Source: Takakia lepidozioides
Lineage: Eukaryota > Plantae > Bryophyta
NCBI GenBank assembly: GCA_030704615.1
Contig: CM060733.1
Location: forward strand, 38,874,001-38,938,000
DNA length: 64,000 nucleotides
Direction of reading: 5' to 3'
Shown here piece by piece: positions 36,621 through 49,262 of this stretch. Position numbers and translations under genes: made by a program. How positions within the stretch are numbered: the first letter of the stretch is position 1; every line of letters begins with the position of its first letter. Under the pieces are notes generated by a model that did no database searches, was not told the origin of the DNA, and saw nothing but the letters and a program-made list of their open reading frames with translations.

Positions 36621-37992
36621 TGTCGCGCTGCTTTTACTCACCCATCCCTTCGCTATCCGAGGCGAAAACTCCAAGATAGAAGAGTGGAAATCTCTAAGTA
36701 CTCAGCCCGCGCAGAACAATCAGTCATGACCTACAGCTAGTGTATCATGGGGGTGTTTCCTATGCGTTTCCCTTTCCGCATTCATCTTAGCTACCTTTGG
36801 CATTGATAATTAAGTATCAGTTTGCTTCATCAATCTATCGGTTTCCTTCACTCATCCATTCAATCCACAGCTTCTCTCAGATCTCTCTACACAGTGTGAT
36901 TGTATCGTATAAGTATCAGATTATGATTTATCAGGTATCAGGCCGAAGCCATTATGTCTCTAATCTGCTCTCTCCATATCACTACAGCTTTGCATATACA
37001 AGCATCTATTAATCCTCTTTTCTCCTTCATCGTGCTCTCCATCTCTTGCCTCCGATCTCCGCTCCTGCCTGACTCCGAAGTCCTCCTCCGAATAATGATC
37101 ATCCCATCCCCTCGTCATTCCCCGTTTCTTCCCTTTATCCTCCTATCCGCGGTTCTAAACCGTTTCCCTCTCTAACCGTCGTCTGTGAACTAACATGTTC
37201 CCTTCACAGGTGTTGTTCCCCACAGTCGTTCCCTGTCCTACTCTTCGTTCCCTATTATCGTGACAGCTGTGTCAAGCGGTGACTGGCTGTGTGTGGCTGT
37301 GTCGGGCTGTGACTGGCTGTGGTGGCTGTGCCGGGCTGTGGACTGGCTTGTGGGCTGTGTCTGCTGTGACGACTGTGACGGACTGTGTTGGCTGTGTGGG
37401 CTGTGTGACGACTGTGACGGCTGTGTTTGCTGTGTGGGCTGGACGACTGTGACGGCCTGTGTTGGGTGCTGTGTGGGCTGTGACACTTTGACGGGCTGTG
37501 TCGGCCTGTTGACGACTTTGTACCCCCCTCTACAGTGCGCTGCTGTCACCCCTAGGCTCCTGTTGGTCTCAGTCTGTGCAAAATTAAGGGTACCCTACAG
37601 ATCCCGTATAGTGTCTAAGTCCCTACAGTCCTCTAACATTACCCCTTCCCCCCCTCAAAAGCCTTGTCCTCACGGTTTACTGTTTTCGAGTAGCAAACCT
37701 TTGTGAGTGAGCACCTTGTTGACGTTGATAGTTTCGTGGTGGGCTGTGTGTACGAGCCCGAGGTCTGTCTCGCTGGTTGATGGAGATCGGTTGATCACTA
37801 CCTGGATAAGTGAGGCCTTTTCTGGAGGCTATATCGAGGTAATCTTTTCCGGTATAGGAGATCCCCTTTGTTTCTCTCTTCCATCTGAATTGCATAGTCC
37901 TTCTCCCATGTCAAAAGAATTCTGTGAAGAAACATTTGTATCAGAATCCTTCGTTCTCTGTCATGTGTTTTAATTTTTGAGACTTTTTGTGG
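36621..37992 (-). mobile_element. 3' end of a minus-strand Ty3/Gypsy element: 3' LTR (36621-37638), PPT and a short internal stretch cut by the gap
   Basis: On the minus strand, GAGGACAAGGCTTTTGAGGGGGGAAGGGGTAA (polypurine tract) immediately precedes TGTTAGAG. The LTR contains (CACAGC)-like degenerate microrepeats at 37260-37510. Confidence 0.75.
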
Positions 37993-38492
37993 NNNNNNNN
38001 NNNNNNNNNNNNNNNNNNNNNNNNNNNNNNNNNNNNNNNNNNNNNNNNNNNNNNNNNNNNNNNNNNNNNNNNNNNNNNNNNNNNNNNNNNNNNNNNNNNN
38101 NNNNNNNNNNNNNNNNNNNNNNNNNNNNNNNNNNNNNNNNNNNNNNNNNNNNNNNNNNNNNNNNNNNNNNNNNNNNNNNNNNNNNNNNNNNNNNNNNNNN
38201 NNNNNNNNNNNNNNNNNNNNNNNNNNNNNNNNNNNNNNNNNNNNNNNNNNNNNNNNNNNNNNNNNNNNNNNNNNNNNNNNNNNNNNNNNNNNNNNNNNNN
38301 NNNNNNNNNNNNNNNNNNNNNNNNNNNNNNNNNNNNNNNNNNNNNNNNNNNNNNNNNNNNNNNNNNNNNNNNNNNNNNNNNNNNNNNNNNNNNNNNNNNN
38401 NNNNNNNNNNNNNNNNNNNNNNNNNNNNNNNNNNNNNNNNNNNNNNNNNNNNNNNNNNNNNNNNNNNNNNNNNNNNNNNNNNNNNNNNNNNN
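37993..38492. other. Assembly gap (500 N)
   Basis: Run of N. Confidence 1.
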
Positions 38493-40076
38493 ACGGCATC
38501 CTTGAAAAAGAGTAGCGGAGTACGCTCAATGACAGCAGCTCCCGGATGGAGGAGGAGCAGCGCGGTGGCTGGAAAAAGTTCAAGCTAACGCTGCAATTCC
38601 TCACAAACACTTCAGGGCACATTTAAATTTCCCCCCTACAGGATCCTGGACCGATGAAGATTGGCTGCTGCATGAATGTAGCCGTTTCTGTTTCCTACCC
38701 TGCCATGCAAACTATGGGCAGTCACTGCCAGGTGGGCCGATAGCCACTGGACACGACGAAGTCCATCCCCTCTTCGATGTAAATGCGGCGCCGAATTTCC
38801 ATCCGGGGGGATGGACTTCGGTGGCAGATCTCAAACTATAACTTGTTGATGAGAAAGATGTATGGCTTCATCCACCGCTACCGTGATGAACACGTTCCAC
38901 CTCCGTCGGTGGGTACGTGTGACCCAGATGCTCCATTATTGGAGGCCGGACTGCTCTTCCGCTTCGTATCATTTCCAAAATCTAAGGGCTTCGTAGCTGT
39001 CCGCAAGGTCATCGGCATCCAAGTCGTCCTCAGGTCCTCCTTTGCAAGGATGCCGTGCTTCCGGAACCGGGACGACTGCCCCTTTGGAGGCATCGATTAT
39101 GCAATGTATTCGGCCACATCGGGAGACATTGTTATCTGGTACACAGATTACACAGAAGATACTGGTTCGATTGTGGAAACATTGGTGGCTTTTGAGTATA
39201 TCGTAGGCCACTACGCCTTCGAGCGGGGTGACGATCTTGGTCTGAGGAGTCCGTGGCTCCTGCGCATCCTCGATTCCGATTTTCCCAGCTACGACGGTCA
39301 CCCATGCAGAAGAAGGCGCACTGCTATGCTGTTGCGGTGGAACTGCTGCCACTGGACGTGGGTGGACTCCATCGGAGAGACCTATTCTCCTCGAGGAGTG
39401 CGCTCCTCTTCTCCATTGTATGGGGACATTCGCATTGGTGTAGACGACGAAAACGTGAAGATTTCCATATTCGATGGTGGTATGATTGAAGGGCAAGACA
39501 TTGTGGTGAACATCACTAGGGGCGGTACAACGGCTGCAATCGACTTTACATGGAGGAGCCCCATGACTCATGAGCTAGTTCTGAGAGCAGTCGAAGTCCC
39601 ATTGACAACGTGACTTGTATTCAGTAGGCACAGGGCTCAAGATTTGATGGCACAATCAGCACAGTAGACGTGCTTCAAATGCAATTCATGTGGATCAATA
39701 AAAACCTCATTGTGCCCTCTTTTTATTCTATTCTGTGTCCATCGTTCCGAGAATGCGTCATTGCTCATTTCGTTTGGGATTGGGAGTGTGGGTGAATTTT
39801 GCAAATGGCTGGTAGGCTGAAATGGGCCCCCATTGTACAGAGCAGTACCACCCTACCATTCGCGAAACATTGCCTTTCAATATATAATTCTAAATAACAT
39901 TGCCGAACCTCCTTCATCGGGAGGTCCTTCTCCCCCTATGACCGTGGCACCCTAAACCCTATTCCCGCGGACACTCATTTCCGGAAAATAGTGCTGCTCA
40001 TGTTTTTTTCCACACTTACGACTCTGCTCATGGCTCATGCCGCTCATGGCTCATGGCTCATGAAATAGCAGCCCCC
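38493..40076. mobile_element. Terminal part of a second element of the same TIR family
   Basis: Ends in GCTCATG repeats plus CATGAAATAGCAGCCCCC, whose reverse complement matches the 20871 terminus at 16/18. Contains GGCGCCGAATTT at about 38788 and family-X copy 2. Confidence 0.75.
39050..39613 (+). CDS. 187-aa uncharacterised protein (family X, copy 2)
   Basis: Intact ORF (the frame is open from 38783). From the ATG at 39050 it has the same length as copy 1 and shares its motif blocks. Confidence 0.75.
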   Translation: MPCFRNRDDCPFGGIDYAMYSATSGDIVIWYTDYTEDTGSIVETLVAFEYIVGHYAFERGDDLGLRSPWLLRILDSDFPSYDGHPCRRRRTAMLLRWNCCHWTWVDSIGETYSPRGVRSSSPLYGDIRIGVDDENVKISIFDGGMIEGQDIVVNITRGGTTAAIDFTWRSPMTHELVLRAVEVPLTT

Positions 40077-40139
40077 CTGGAAAAATGGCGCCGAATTTCT
40101 TTTTTTTGGGCCAAAAACTGACTAAGTCCCAACATGTCC

Positions 40140-41640
40140 TCGTTGTCATGTTTGCAATGTGTGCGTGGGATGCAAATTCATAGGAACAAACTATCGTTGG
40201 AGATGGGGGTTGCATGGACTGCCCGGGTTGTTCCTTCAATCTATTTAGTGTTTTGCGGAGCTCACAGGCTTGTGTGCATTGCAAAAACAAACAAACGTCT
40301 TTGGTTCGGGTAGAGCATTCTCGCATCATTTGCTCGTTGGTCTCCAAACCATTCCTGCTAGAAGAATGCTTGGTAAATCCATCATGATAAAGTCCACATG
40401 ATCAAAGAGCGTTTAGGCATTCTCAATTCTGGTGAGCATCCATGATGCTCCCACACATACATGGCATGTTTGCAAGGGTGGTGAGTAAAAAAATATTTCG
40501 CAGGGATCCGCTTTGGATGATGTGAGTGTGCACCTGCTCACGACGTAGGCACATTCCAATGCAGAGGCTTGGTATGTTGATAACGTCTAAATGGATGCAA
40601 TGGATAGAAAGGATGGATACAATGGATGTAACACATCCAGTCTGCATTCCCTGGAAATGGCTGATCAACCCGCGGTAATAGGTGACACCCGCGGAAATAG
40701 GCCCTGTATGCATGCTGACGTGGCGTGAGCCTGTGCTGGGCTCACAGAATAGCACCCCCCGATTCCGGCATACCCATTTTGGCCAGGACTTTGTGCAGGA
40801 AAACCCAATCAATATTGTAGCATAAGAGGAGCATAAGAATTGTCAGGGGTTGCTCCGAGCATTTGGCCTCATGCAAGACCTCGTTGATTAGGAGCAAATT
40901 GTCAAGAATCATTATGCCTCTAAGGAATCCTGTTTGCTCCGGCCTAATAACACGGGAAGGAATAGTGTCGCGGCCCTTCGCCTTGAGGGCAGGGGGTCGG
41001 GACACAAAAGGGACTGCCCCTGTGGTGGGGGCAGTGGCAATAATAGATACGGGGGCTGAAGCACCCTTGAGTGCCCAAGGCACTCAAGGAGGCGGAGGCG
41101 CTCACTAGGTGGAACCCTGCACACTGGGTTGCGGTGGGGGTGGTTCCACGAGGGGTGGTGGTAGCTTAGTGGGACTTAGTGGGGGTGGCAGAGGACTCAC
41201 CATGGGGCGGGGACCTTGTGGTGGGAGTCGTGGGGAGTCTTGGGACTCATCACGGTCCAATGGGGCCGTGGTGGGTGGGCCAAGACTCACCGCAACTCAC
41301 CACCGGGAATGGAGGGTCTTTTGTGGTGGTTCGCCATAAAAGGACGGTGTTGTTTGTGAAACCCCCATGGACAATCATAGAAATATATATAGGGAGTAGT
41401 AACCCTGAGAACGGTGCAAGCCCGTTGGTGACCAAAAACTAGTGAGTAAGCGTGCGAGGCGGGAAACGACCAAGGTGTGGGGAGCTGTTCCGGACTGCCA
41501 ACAACCAAAGGGAATTTCCACTAGGCCCAAATTGAGAGAGGGTCTTGTGGAGGAGCAAAGGGGGACCGTTATGTCCCGGTGAGGCAGCCGAAGCTCCAAG
41601 TTGGCCCGACGGCCAGTTTGGGAGTTAGGTGCGCGCATCA
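40140..41640 (-). mobile_element. Heavily deleted LINE remnant (ORF1-like Pro-rich part fused to an RT fragment)
   Basis: VIRPEQTGFLRGIMILDNLLLINEVLHEAK...IDWVFLHKVLAKMG corresponds to LINE RT subdomains 2-3, with internal deletions. Confidence 0.7.
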
Positions 41641-41694
41641 AAGCGAGTAACTATGACTTGAAGGGGAGATTACCGAAGTGAGGTGCGCGACACT

Positions 41695-41706
41695 TGGTAT
41701 CAGAGC
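41695..41706 (+). other. Primer-binding site (tRNA-iMet) after an LTR-like end; orphan remnant
   Basis: GCGCGACA-CT-TGGTATCAGAGC. The GCGCGACA terminus is the same as that of the LTRs at 36380 and 36621. Confidence 0.7.
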
Positions 41707-42819
41707 TTAGAGTTCAGTATGATCGTCCTTGAGATCGGCCTCATCATGGGGTCGGGCAAGCCAAAGCGCAAGCGGAACGCAACATGGTTTACCTCCAGGC
41801 CAGCTGCCTCCCCAGCAACAACAATACCGGGTATTCCGAGGCTGGGATGCCGGGACAGACATATCTAGCTCTGTATACAGCAGGCTGTTTGTTTTTGTGA
41901 CACATAGGCTTCAAATGGTGCTGTTTGCCTGCTACTTGTGTTGGTATGAGATCCCAAGGCCTCAACATTATTTGGTTCATAGCCACATTGCCACGTTGGT
42001 TGTGTTCATGGGCGCTCAGGGCGCATTTGATACCATCTACTGTTGTTGACTTGCAGCGGCAGCCGGACGGGATTTTGGAAATGGGGGATGGCATTGCAGG
42101 GTTGGCCAGCAACATAGGTCTCGAAGCAAAGCGAGCAGCAACCATGGTGACTGCTGCTGTGGCAGCTCGGACACGTGCGGGGTACGATGCCACTTTTATG
42201 CAGGTCGATTGCTGCCGTGTGTCAGCCCTCAAGGTTGTTTAGGGTTGTCAAGCCCTCAGTAGCAGTAGCAGTGCCACAAGTAGATAGTAGCCTATTTTTT
42301 CTAGATAACTTTTTAACACAAGTGTTTTGGTTGATATGCAGACATGGATATGAGAGACAAAGTGGAGGCACGCGGCTTTACACTCTAAAGGAGTTGGTGC
42401 CTGGTTCGCTGGACTTCAAGAAAGTGACTGCTGCCATACCTCTCTTTAGCAGTGTCGTTGAGGTCCAGAATCCCCTAATCTGCTTCCGGGGAACTGATGG
42501 GTTTGTGTGCCTATCCCTCCCTCCCCTTTTCTGTCATAATACACCGTGTCAAAGGAATACAATTCGAGTATGAAGACAATCTCAGGTTCTAAGTCAGTAC
42601 TGATTCAATCACCTGTCATCCTCTACAGCTGGCACATGGTTTCTTATGGCATGACATATAACTAGGATGTGGCCCAGATTCTATGAACTCTGGTTTACTG
42701 GCTGCACAATATTGATGTTGAAAGGTTTGATCTGGGGTATAGTACCTTTCCTATTGACAAGAGAAAAAGTTCAAAAGAGAAGAGACAAGAGAAAAAGAGT
42801 GTGTTTGTATTGGAAAGTA

Positions 42820-44697
42820 CCTGACTCAACATTCACCGGCTCTGTAGTTGAATTTGACACATCCTCAAGCTCTGATACTGCATTTGGTACCCACCTGCTT
42901 CCCTTACGAGTGCATTTTGCTCTCCATAGCTCACTATGTGCTGCAGCACTGGATCTTAGGGAAGCTTCACGTCTTGCGGCTATCGCTTCCTCGCCTCGCA
43001 ATGTATCAAATTCTGATTCGTTTGTAAAGTTCTCTTTGTTTCTAAATCTGTGTGCGATTATCCTGTACCAGTGCTGAAACGTTTGAACTAGTGGACTTTT
43101 CTTATTTTTGCCACCGGAGTGTTGTTTGTGCCTTTGATAGGCAGTCTTCGCAGCGTGATGCGAGTTCTCCATGCCCTGGCAGGACCACACTGCAAGGCTT
43201 CCATATCAATCTACAAAGTACGGAGCATGTTGAACAAGCACATGCTGCCAAAGACACAAATTTTGTTAGTTGTGAGCTCACAAACAACCAAATCGATTTC
43301 ACCAAATTCAAACATAAATTGAAATGACGGGATCCAGAGTTCACTTGCCATGTAATGTGTAACATGATGCTCTCCAAAACATTTGATGTAGAGTCGGCCC
43401 CATTGTTCCACCTTCTCTTTGAAATCTGCAGCCGATTGATCGACACCAAATCTGAGACCATTGAAATAGGGCCGCAGTCGATCCAAGGCATGCCACTGCT
43501 CCAATCTCTCTCTTCGTGCTGCTCCATTATTCATTCTGTTCTTTTCTGCATTCACGACATCCACATATAACTTCCGAGGCTCTATGGCAACAGGATTGTC
43601 CTTGAAAAGCTTCAATGCATGGGCTCCACTAAAAGAGGGCTTGTTTGGGACATTGTTTGCCCTCCCAGACAAATCTTCATCCTTAAAAATTTGAACATTC
43701 CCTCCATGGGCACCCGTGAGTGACAACAACTTCTGCATCTCATCAACGGCCAATTTTTGGAGAGCTTTGTAACGAATTGTCCAAATATGAATGAAATGCA
43801 AGTGAACAATCTTTTCAATCACTCGGTTGAAAGCATGTAGGGTGCATATGTGGACTCTGTCCAGTGGTATGGGCAAAATGGGCTTCCAACGTCCTGAAGT
43901 TGCAGCCCCTGTGAGTGGTTGCGCTGCCACTTTCCTTGAAAACAACCCTTCATTCCAAGTGTACTTGGTTCGTTTTTTTATGGCTGCTTGGGCTTGTGCA
44001 GTGGTGCCCACTACAGGCTTCGTGCGTTCTTGGTTGCAGTAGATGCAACTGTGTAAGCTATTTGCTCCAGCTCCCAAGTTGTACATCACTTTTATTGTCT
44101 TCATATCTGCCGCCATATGCCATTCCACCTGAAAGGATCCAATACCAGGGACATCCAGTGGCTGTCCTTGCTCTTGTGCTTGAATCAACGCAGGAATGGT
44201 AGTTTGCGAGAAGACCCAACTCAATGTTTCATAGGTTTCCCGCACCACTTGGAATGAAGCGATGGGCCAAATTTCCCTCTCTGACTGAACTGAGAAGAAT
44301 TGTTCACTGTTTGGCTCAATCGTAGTGTCCAAAGCCCGGTTCATCAGTGTTAGAGACACTCTCTCCATCTTTTGAGCGTGTACAATTTCAGCTGCATCTT
44401 GATGACAAAAATGAGAGGATGTCCCTGCAATTCTGAAACCAAACACAGCCAAATCCTCAATGCCCAGGTCCTCAATGCCCAGGTGTTTAATCAATCGATT
44501 CCTATCAGAAGCTTTACCCTACATCTCTTGCAACACTACAAAATTAAGGTGTTACCTGCGGGTGTGATGCCGTAGAGCTCGACCATTGTGCGCTGCACTT
44601 GTTCCACATCGACAAAGATGGAATTATTATGATTGAGTGCTATTCTGACAGGCTCTTTGCTCTTTGACTTGGCAGTGGCTTTGCACTGGTACAGTGT
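42820..44697 (-). pseudogene. RAG1/Transib-like DDE transposase, spliced and 5'-truncated
   Basis: Exons at about 44697-44556, 44432-43349 and 43244-42820. Motifs: LIFVIK/DAAE (first Asp, with a frameshift), AADMK, ANSLHSCIYC, CTLHAFNR, FSGAHA, and THYM|HVLVQHAPYFVD*YGSLAVWSCQGMENSH (catalytic Glu region). Confidence 0.78.
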
Positions 44698-45152
44698 CTG
44701 GAAAAATGACGCCGAATTTCCCTATTTTGCGCCGAAAACTGGCTAAGTCCGAACATGCACTGGAAAAATGGCGCCGAATTACCTGTCATGAGGGGACCTA
44801 TAGCCGCGGAATTCGGCACCATTTTTCGCCAGAGAGACCTATTACCGCGAAATACGTTGCCGTTTTTTCAGGTTACGGACCCTACTACCGCGAAATTCGG
44901 CGCCATATTTGCACATGTCGCTGGGAATTGGCATGAGCGGAAGACGAAATATCATGAGCACAACTGTCAAAACTGCAATTTTCCCTTCAAGGGGCCGAAT
45001 AATATATTTGTTTTTCCTGACACATTGCATTAAATTATTGTTTTTTATTGTTTTTTATTTTCGAAATTTGTACTTCTGCTCATGAAAACCGATTGTCTTA
45101 CTACTCCGCTCATGCCGCTCATGCCGCTGATGCTCATGAAATAGCAAACCTC
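44698..45152. mobile_element. Terminal part of a third element of the GCTCATG/GGCGCC TIR family
   Basis: Ends in CATGAAATAGCAAACCTC (17/18 identical to the 28266 terminus), preceded by GCTCATG repeats and several (G)GCGCCGAA motifs. Confidence 0.75.
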
Positions 45153-46773
45153 ACTCTCCGTAGTGTAAAGTCTAACCCTAAGAGCAGATCATGCTTGCAG
45201 TAGATGAATACTACTAGAAACTTACAAAGTTAGAGTTTTTATATTGATATGTGGACAAAATATGGACATTATTAGGCAAACTTAGTGTTGGTATCATGAA
45301 ACTGTCATATAGCTGATGAATATGAAGATAACACCTATCATGGTGAAGTTCATTAGGTGAAATCACAGGGTTCTCCCTGAAGGGAGGATTGGGAATTGAA
45401 AACATGGATTAAATGTGTCGAAATCCTGTTTATTGCTGCATGTCAGGTGGAAACTTATTTGGAGGCCATAGGGGGGCCATAGCCTGATCAATGGAATAGC
45501 AAGATTGATTTCTCCTATGCTGTCCCAAATACTCAGAAAATGCATGCTCCCCACAAATATCATCTGTCCTTGTTTTTTGCTGTCAGTGCCTGAACGATCT
45601 GGTAACACTTGATTGTCTGTGTCTAATATCTGCTTCCAAATTTGCTGACTCCTCAAACTCTTCAAGAGATACTTCCGATGCTTGAAGCAGACCCCCCTTA
45701 TTGGAAATTGAAATTGAAAGCACGTCAGGGATGGAGTGCTTCATGGGAAGTTCAAACTCAACACTCAATGCACCTAACCATGTTCCCACAGTACAGCTGG
45801 AGATAATGATAGAGAAGAGGATAATGGCACATAAACTGGAGACAATTTTGGGAAGGAAGTGACCCTTGATGGCTCTAGCAGGCACCCAGCAGGACAATGA
45901 TTCCTTCTTAAAAGGAAAACTTACTTTCAGGGAAGTCAAACCTGGGGCAACTTTCCAGACAAGAAGACCCTATGCAACATATCTTCTTAAGCTACGGAGT
46001 CATTTATTAATCTCTTGGGTTGTCAACAAGTTTAGGGGTTTTTTGCTCATCCAGATCGGCCTCTCAGGCATCCACAATATCATGCATTGCCAGAGGGCCA
46101 AGTATATTCACACTTGCCTCATTGGAGTCCAAGCATCTACAGAGTAGTGTAAGAATGTCCAAAACTGACCTAGCCCACATCAAGGAGCAAATGTGAAGAC
46201 ACAGGTTGAAGGGCATGCATTTATTTTGTTACATGATCGAGTTCAGACCAAGCAAACAGCCACACTCTCTCTCTCTCTCTCTCACACACACACAGTATGC
46301 TGCATATGTCTGCTCTCTTCTTGTCTCTTTGGATTGGATGTCAACCACAAAACCAAGGAACAATAATGGAAGGTCCTGGTCTCTTTACCACAAGGGGACT
46401 GTCGTGTCCATGGGTGTGACATGTAACTTAGTGGGGTTGCTGGAACATCACTGCCACATTGACATACCCACGATTTGGCTGCGGCAAGAATGCCAATTGA
46501 GATCATCTTAAATACCTCCAGTTGCCAGTCCAGTCAGGCTTGTGTTTGCGACCAGCAAGAGTTCCAGCTCAATCTTCCAAATGCAAGAGCTATGACAGTG
46601 CAATAATGAGATTGTCACCCCAGCTGGGAGGGATTATACCTCAATGAGTATCCGTTGCAAGGCTACAATTGTGTGATGGTAAAGCATAGCATTTGTGCTG
46701 CTTCCCCACTGAAGCGTCCACGAATGGAAGTTGAAAGATGTGTTGATGTTGAGTATACAAATTTTGAACCGTT

Positions 46774-48402
46774 TTAATTATCTTTAGGAAGCACAGCACC
46801 CAGCACAGAACTCACCAAGCCTGTCAAAAGCAGTGTGAGCTTCAAAAAATACTCGGACATGCCTCCTACGGTTGCCCACTGCAATTTGGTTGAGCCCTCC
46901 ACTCTTGCAAAGTCCCCATCTCTGACATTATTGAACCCACCAGCGACCCATGCGAGCTGGGTATACCCAGCATTCTGAAGCTCCTCTATGGCCAGCAGAG
47001 ACCTGTCGATCAATGTCTTCATAAGTTTGTCATCTCCGAATATTTATGAAAGATGGTAGTACTCCAAGATTTTTCCAACTAAGAGTACACAGAAACATAC
47101 ACATTCGCACGCGCGCACATGCAGACACCATCCACTCACCTTAAACCCTCGCCACATGCCACCAGCAACCTCTCCTCTTTCCTGGGGAGAGCATCCTCTA
47201 CTTGCTGCACAAACTGCTCATTTCGGGCAGTCAATCTTTGACCCAGCCACATTCCACCAAAGCCCAACTGAATCCATTTCCTCAATAGTGTCATGGCACT
47301 GGTGTCACTGTCCTCAATGAAGAGAGGAACATGAAAAGAACCATCCACATAAGCCTTTTCCCACTCCCACATTGGGCGAACATCTAGCAATTTGTAGGGG
47401 TTGTTCTCAACAGAGAGGAGGGGTTGTGCATCCTTGGGAGATACTAATTGAACCTCACCCGACCGCACCATTTCTTCAGCATCCTGGGTAATGCAAAGAG
47501 CCAATTTCCTCCTGTTTAGATAATGTGGACCTCACACTTTGACAACAACATGCACTTACTGTCTGTTTTCTGAGTTGCAATGACACATTTTCAACAAGCG
47601 ACCAAATCTCCTTTTGGGAAACCCTGTACAACTTTATGTGAACTAATTTATTTGGATCTCACCGCTCTGGTTAATTTTCACATTACTCATTCTGAACATT
47701 TTTTTGCCTTCTATAATCCGTTCTACTTGAGCTGCAACTTGTCTCCAACCTCCTCTTACTGGGTGGGTGTTCATCTCTCTCTCTCTCTCTCTCTTTCACT
47801 CTCTCTCTAAGACAGGATCGGCTAACCGAAGCTATTGGAGGCTCTGTACCGAGACCATCACAGACCTGCGTGGAGGCACAATGCAATGACATCCATGCTG
47901 TGACATCTTACGCAATCTATAAAAAAAATTGTGATCCGGCCCAGCTAGTTCTCAGTGTCAGTATGGAACTGTGATAGCTCTCTCACAGCCAATGTCTACC
48001 AATTTCGCAACACTGAGGTTGACGCTACCAGGTCTCAAGCGAAGTGGCGTTGGATGGCGAGTGCAGGTATTCACCACAACTCCCATATGGTGTTCAACTA
48101 CGATCGTGCGCACCTACACAGTAAGAAACAAGACCTATCACGTCCGAGAGACTCCCAAAGGACCCAATAGAACAGAAACAGAACCAAAGAAGGAAGAGAG
48201 AGAGCGAGACCCGTAGTGAGGCTCTTATAGCTATCGATGGCCACCGGAAATTGCGTCCCTGGATTCGCAATGCGGGTCCTCGGGGAAATTTTCGCTTCCC
48301 TTGCAAGTGTGCTCCTTTAACAACATGGACTGATGATGGTGGCCTCGTGCACAACCCAGCAGGGCATGGGGTGGGTAAAGGCCTTGTCAGCACTGACCTC
48401 AT
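46774..48402 (-). CDS. STR10: Rhodanese-like domain protein 10 (plastid-targeted sulfurtransferase-like); exons 48402-48211, 47483-47140, 47002-46774; 254 aa
   Basis: GT-AG introns preserve the frame. Motifs LLDVRPMWEWEKAYVDGSFHVPLF, LLVACGEGLRS, LAWVAGGFN and ATVGG. Exon 1 resembles a transit peptide. Confidence 0.9.
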
Positions 48403-48797
48403 ACTTGCACAGCTGCGGAAGGACAGCAAGCTCCGCTCCAAGATGCTCGCTTTGTGCAGCTTATTAGGAAAGAGAAGATGAAAAAGAAGTGTCTCGCCCA
48501 GCCCAGCGTAACAGGGCATACAGCTCTGCACACAGGCAATGCCCCACAAAGTTAGGGAGTAGGCCACAATCCAGCCCACATGTCACTCTTCTTGTACTAC
48601 TACGCACATGAGGGGGGCGGGCAGGGCTGATCAGCCCAGCGGATGTGGGGGCGGATATTCGCCGTGACCACGCACATGGGCGGATGAAATCTGCGGATAG
48701 CCAAGTTTTCAGTGCCTTTAATTTTCCATTCTGAGTGATTGATAAAGCATTGTAATTTCTTTGATTTATCAAATTGATCTAGGAATAGCCTGTATTA

Positions 48798-49262
48798 GGG
48801 TCCCTTATCAACCGTTTAGGTGATAATTAATTCAAAATGAAAGTGCCTAACGCGTTTTGGGAATTTTTCAGATTTTGGCATAATTGTTCGGAAACTATGG
48901 GACCATAGTGCCTAATGCCTGAAAATTGCAGCAAAAAACTTTCAAGCCTCTTCTCATGTTATTTGTAATAAGATGAAAATTTCATTGAACAAAAATAAAT
49001 ACAAATATATGCGTGCGGAAATAACTTCCTACAAATCCTATGAAAACCTAATGGAGTATGGACTCATGAGGCATTGGGTTTCTATTTTGTATTTTTATTC
49101 TTAAGAAAATAAATGTTTTCTCTTCTCATGTGCCTAACTAAAAAAATATATAGCATGAAGATGCCTAATGTGAGAAATGGTTTGAGAAACGTGCCTAAGC
49201 AGTCTGTTTAGTTTTTAATAATTATTAGGCGCAAAAATGCCTAAACGGTTGATAAGGGACAG
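48798..49262. mobile_element. MITE with TA TSD (Tc1/mariner-like) upstream of STR10
   Basis: Perfect 21-bp inverted repeat gtcccttatcaaccgtttagg (48800-48820) and cctaaacggttgataagggac (49240-49260). TA flanks at 48796-97 and 49263-64. AT-rich interior with TGCCTAA repeats. Confidence 0.8.

Noticed and set aside
37260-37706. Cys-rich metallothionein-like ORF
   Set aside because: It is the translation of degenerate GCTGTG microrepeats inside an LTR.
37798-38622. ORFs of 172-274 aa spanning the gap
   Set aside because: Artefacts of translating the N run.
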